From: Candidatus Aenigmatarchaeota archaeon
GTDB lineage: Archaea; Aenigmatarchaeota; Aenigmatarchaeia; GW2011-AR5; JAGGXF01
Reading direction: 5' to 3'
Length of the DNA: 18,764 nt
Assembly: GCA_029932645.1 (NCBI GenBank)
Contig: JAOZPR010000013.1
Span: 1 to 18,764, forward strand
The notes beneath the pieces were generated by a model. The model was not told where the DNA came from and did not search any database. It worked only from the letters and a program-made list of their open reading frames with translations. The position numbers and the translations under genes are program-made. Positions 15,243 to 18,764 of the stretch are shown piece by piece. Every line of letters starts with the position of its first letter. The stretch's first letter is position 1.

Positions 15243-16010
15243 TTATTTTGTTATTTTTGGCAGCAAGCCAGCTCTAACCAGTTTCTTATATTTTGCAGGG
15301 TTGTTCAGGAACCCAAACATTTTAGGGTTCTTAATAAAAAGCCGATACATGTTTCCTCTCATGTTTTTAATTTTCTTAGCCCTGATTTTTCTCAGTTTCG
15401 GCAGGTTTTTATACGCCTTGTTTTTTTTCACGCCATCTATGCAGATAAAGTAAGCGCCACCGTGTTTTTTAAGTATTGGCTTGTAACGTGATTTGAAAAC
15501 AGATGAAACGAGATTGCTCATTACCAGTGTTGCTCTCGATTTGTTTATAGTGATGTGACCACAATTAGGTGGGACAATTATTTTATCACCTCGTTTACCT
15601 TCAATAATCACAACATCTTTTATCTTATTTCCAACGCGCTTTTGCAAAAGAAAAAGACCGCTGCCGCGTAGCACTTCATATATTTCCGTGTATGACCCGC
15701 CTTTGATACATGGGTGGTAGTGGCCAGCAGTTTTAACAAACTCACATCCCAGCTGCCTTGGCGGTATGACTGTTATATCAAACCTTATTTTCTCCCGTGC
15801 AAATATTTTTACATCTTCCTTCCGTTGCAAACCCCTGTACATGTAGTAAAGCCTTGCACGTTTGTCAACTTTCCTGTAAAATTCTTTATCCAGAACAACG
15901 TCTTTCATTTCTGACAGGTGCCTGATATTGGGTTTTATTTTTCTGCCCTCGAATAGCATTGTGAAGTCTGGGTTTATCTCAACGCGCAAAGGAGAAAGAT
16001 TTATTTTCAT
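15243..16010 (-). CDS. Cupin-type glucose-6-phosphate isomerase family protein
   Basis: LYYMYR, RFDITVIPP, EFVKTAGHYHP, EIYEVLRG, VPPNCGHITIN (cupin metal-binding His/Glu). Confidence 0.85.
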   Translation of the reverse strand: MKINLSPLRVEINPDFTMLFEGRKIKPNIRHLSEMKDVVLDKEFYRKVDKRARLYYMYRGLQRKEDVKIFAREKIRFDITVIPPRQLGCEFVKTAGHYHPCIKGGSYTEIYEVLRGSGLFLLQKRVGNKIKDVVIIEGKRGDKIIVPPNCGHITINKSRATLVMSNLVSSVFKSRYKPILKKHGGAYFICIDGVKKNKAYKNLPKLRKIRAKKIKNMRGNMYRLFIKNPKMFGFLNNPAKYKKLVRAGLLPKITK

Positions 16011-16058
16011 ATTTTTATCTTAGTTGTCTCACGATTTAAAGATTACCAAAGCTGAGGA

Positions 16059-18557
16059 CTATTCGACGAATATTCCCGGCTTCCCGGGCTTGGCTTTCTT
16101 CGCCTTGTTTTCGGGGTCATATTTTTTCGAATCATTAACAGCGTATACTGCAAAGTCACAGCCGAATTCCTGCTCCAGCAACAGCGCATTTTCCTTGAAA
16201 CAATCAAGCTCTTTTGGTATAACATACAGGTATATCTTTTTCGGCCTTTTCTTGGTAATTTTTATAATTTCTCTAATGTCTTCCACAGTCTTGCTTACCA
16301 CCTCTTCCATGCGCTCTACTTCTTCGTCGATTTTGCTTTCGTCTGGCTCTGGCCATTTAGCCAACGACACAAAAGGCTTGTGCCCGAGCAGCTCCCACAT
16401 CTCTTCACAAACATGTGGCGTGAAAGGCGTTAAAAGAACTATCAGATTTTCTATTACCTCATTGTAGATTTTTTTGTTCACCGGAAGCTCTTTGTATTTC
16501 TGGACAGCATTAACAAACCCCATCAACGATCCGACGGCCAGGTTGAACTGAAAGCCAGCAATCTTTTCTGTCACATCCTTGATGGTTCTTTGAAGCTTGG
16601 TGAGTATATATTTGTCTTTGTTTGTTATTTTCTCAGAAAGCAATGCATCCTCTGTAACAAGTTTCCAAACACGTTTAATAAATCGGAAACACGACTCAAC
16701 ACCGCGGTCGCTCCATTCAAACTCTTTTTCAGGCAGCGCAGTAAACAATATAAACAACCGAGCCGTGTCTGCACCATACTTTTTTATTATCTCGCTTGGC
16801 TCGACAATATTACCTATTGACTTTGACATCTTTGCGCCATTCTTTGTTATCATTCCCTGGCAAAGTAGCCTGGAGAACGGCTCATCAATATCAACTAGTC
16901 CTATATCGCGCATGACTTTTGTGAAGAATCTTGCGTAAAGTAGGTGCAGTATGGCGTGTTCTATCCCACCAATATATTGATCAACGGGGCACCAATATTT
17001 TACTTTATTTTTGTCAAAAGGCGCTTTATCATTAGTCGGATCACAATATCTAAAGAAGTACCACGACGAATCTATAAATGTATCCATCGTATCTGTTTCT
17101 CTTTTAGCAGGACCACCGCATTTCGGGCAGGTGGTTTTGATAAAGTCTTCGTTTGTTTCTAGAGGGTTGCCCTGCCCGCCGAACTTAACATCTTTGGGAA
17201 GTTCTACTGGCAGTTCTTTTTCAGGGACAGGCACAATGCCACATTTATCACAGTAAATTATTGGTATCGGCGTTCCCCAATATCTCTGGCGAGAAACCAG
17301 CCAGTCTCTTAACTTGTATTGAATATCACGCTTTCCATATTTTTTTTGTTCTATATAATCATTGATTTTTTCCATGGCAGCTATATTATTCATGCCGTCG
17401 AATTCGCCAGAATTGACTAGCACACCCTCATCAACATAAGCCTCTTTCATTTCTTCTGCCTTGAGTTCTCTGTCTTTCGGCTTTATGACTACCTTTATTG
17501 GTATCTTGTATTTCTTTGCAAATTCAAAGTCTCTTTGGTCATGCGCAGGTACAGCCATTATTGCACCGGTACCATATTCAAGCAGAACAAAATTCGCTAT
17601 GTAGATTGGAATCTCCTCGCCGTTCAGCGGATTGATGGCGTACTTGCCAATGAACATACCCTCCTTTTCCTTGTCTTCTGCTGTTCGCGTGAACCTGTCT
17701 TCTATAACGACCTTGTTTATGAATTTTTTCACTTTTTTTTCGTATTCCGTGCCAGCAACAAGTTCCACAACCTTTGGGTGCTCCGGGGCAAAAACCATGA
17801 AGGTTACACCAAACAATGTGTCAGGTCTGGTCGTGAATATAGGTATGACATCTTCAGAATCTTTTAGCTTAAAATCAACCATGGTCCCACTGCTTTTACC
17901 AATCCAGTTTCTCTGCATTGTTTTAACGCGCTCTGGCCAGTCCAGCTTGTCTAGACTATCCAAAAGCTCATCAGCATAATCCGTAATCTTGAAGAACCAT
18001 TGGTCTATATTTCTTATTTCGACGGGCGATTTACAACGCCAGCATTTACCACCTTCAACCTGCTCGTTTGCCAGTACGGTCTTGCAACCAGGACACCAGT
18101 TGATAGGAGATTTCTTTTTATAGGCAAGACCCTTTTCAAGGAACTTGAGGAAGAACCACTGATTCCATTTATAATATTCAGGTGAGCACGTCTTCAGCAT
18201 TCTGGTCCAGTCATAGCTCAGACCAAACATTTTCTGTTGCTTTATCATTGCTTTTATCGATTCTTCTGTCCATACAGCCGGATGAATCTTTCCTTTTATA
18301 GCGGCATTTTCTGCCGGCAGTCCAAGTGCGTCGTATCCCATTGGATGCAGCACATTAAAGCCGCGCATCATCATGAACCTTGCAAATGCATCGCCTATAG
18401 CATAGTTTCTGACATGTCCCATATGCAGCTTACCAGACGGATATGGAAACATTTCTAGAACATAATATTTTTTCTTATCGTTTCGCTCACTAACATTAAA
18501 TATTCCAGATTCTTCCCATTTTCTCTGCCATTTATTTTCTATCGCAACTATGTCCAT
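16059..18557 (-). CDS. leuS: Leucine--tRNA ligase with bacterial-type core and archaeal-type C-terminus
   Basis: [75 protein letters not shown]. Probable ATG at 18557 (the ORF extends to 18584). Confidence 0.97.
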   Translation of the reverse strand: MDIVAIENKWQRKWEESGIFNVSERNDKKKYYVLEMFPYPSGKLHMGHVRNYAIGDAFARFMMMRGFNVLHPMGYDALGLPAENAAIKGKIHPAVWTEESIKAMIKQQKMFGLSYDWTRMLKTCSPEYYKWNQWFFLKFLEKGLAYKKKSPINWCPGCKTVLANEQVEGGKCWRCKSPVEIRNIDQWFFKITDYADELLDSLDKLDWPERVKTMQRNWIGKSSGTMVDFKLKDSEDVIPIFTTRPDTLFGVTFMVFAPEHPKVVELVAGTEYEKKVKKFINKVVIEDRFTRTAEDKEKEGMFIGKYAINPLNGEEIPIYIANFVLLEYGTGAIMAVPAHDQRDFEFAKKYKIPIKVVIKPKDRELKAEEMKEAYVDEGVLVNSGEFDGMNNIAAMEKINDYIEQKKYGKRDIQYKLRDWLVSRQRYWGTPIPIIYCDKCGIVPVPEKELPVELPKDVKFGGQGNPLETNEDFIKTTCPKCGGPAKRETDTMDTFIDSSWYFFRYCDPTNDKAPFDKNKVKYWCPVDQYIGGIEHAILHLLYARFFTKVMRDIGLVDIDEPFSRLLCQGMITKNGAKMSKSIGNIVEPSEIIKKYGADTARLFILFTALPEKEFEWSDRGVESCFRFIKRVWKLVTEDALLSEKITNKDKYILTKLQRTIKDVTEKIAGFQFNLAVGSLMGFVNAVQKYKELPVNKKIYNEVIENLIVLLTPFTPHVCEEMWELLGHKPFVSLAKWPEPDESKIDEEVERMEEVVSKTVEDIREIIKITKKRPKKIYLYVIPKELDCFKENALLLEQEFGCDFAVYAVNDSKKYDPENKAKKAKPGKPGIFVE

Positions 18558-18723
18558 ACTATCACACACCACATTATAACGCATTATAATTACAGTATAT
18601 TATTTTATTATAAGTATAATAACAATTAACTATTTTTTAAGCTTAAGATATAAAAAAATATTAAGTGGCTCGCATTAAATACAAAACTTAAAAAGATAAC
18701 AAGGATAGAGACATCTGGCAAAT

Positions 18724-18764
18724 GCCTCCGTAGCTCAGCTTGGACAGAGCATCTGCCTTCTATC
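18724..18764 (+). tRNA. tRNA-Arg(UCU), 5' part truncated by the window end, probably with an intron at 37/38
   Basis: GCCTCCG-TA-GCTC-AGCTTGGACA-GAGC-A-TCTGC-CT-TCT-A: acceptor strand, D arm, anticodon stem, and anticodon TCT at 18759-18761. Confidence 0.85.

Noticed and set aside
1..18764. Alternative genetic code or stop-codon recoding
   Set aside because: All conserved genes are full length under the standard code, and TAA, TAG and TGA each occur as apparent terminators.

Overview
Archaeal chromosomal segment with TATA-like promoters, GGTGA/GGAGG ribosome-binding sites and archaeal-type AlaRS, P0/P1 and Spt5; the gene content suggests a DPANN-like lineage, but that is inference. The core is the conserved ftsZ-secE-spt5-L11-L1-P0-P1-alaS cluster on the minus strand. 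It is split between L11 and L1 by about 4.1 kb carrying a DsbA/GILT-like membrane redox protein, an ArsR-IscS-DUF1858 operon with a perfect SmtB/CzrA-type operator, and two hypothetical genes. Flanks carry trxB plus a membrane CxC protein, an FKBP/SlyD PPIase, a cupin glucose-6-phosphate isomerase, a chimeric bacterial-core LeuRS and the 5' half of a tRNA-Arg(UCU) that probably has an intron. The most notable signals are a circularly permuted L1-binding-like RNA over the rpl1 SD, a three-copy ~28-nt intergenic hairpin element, a 32-aa ORF resembling the AlaRS dimerisation helices coupled to the alaS stop, and a structured trxB leader.
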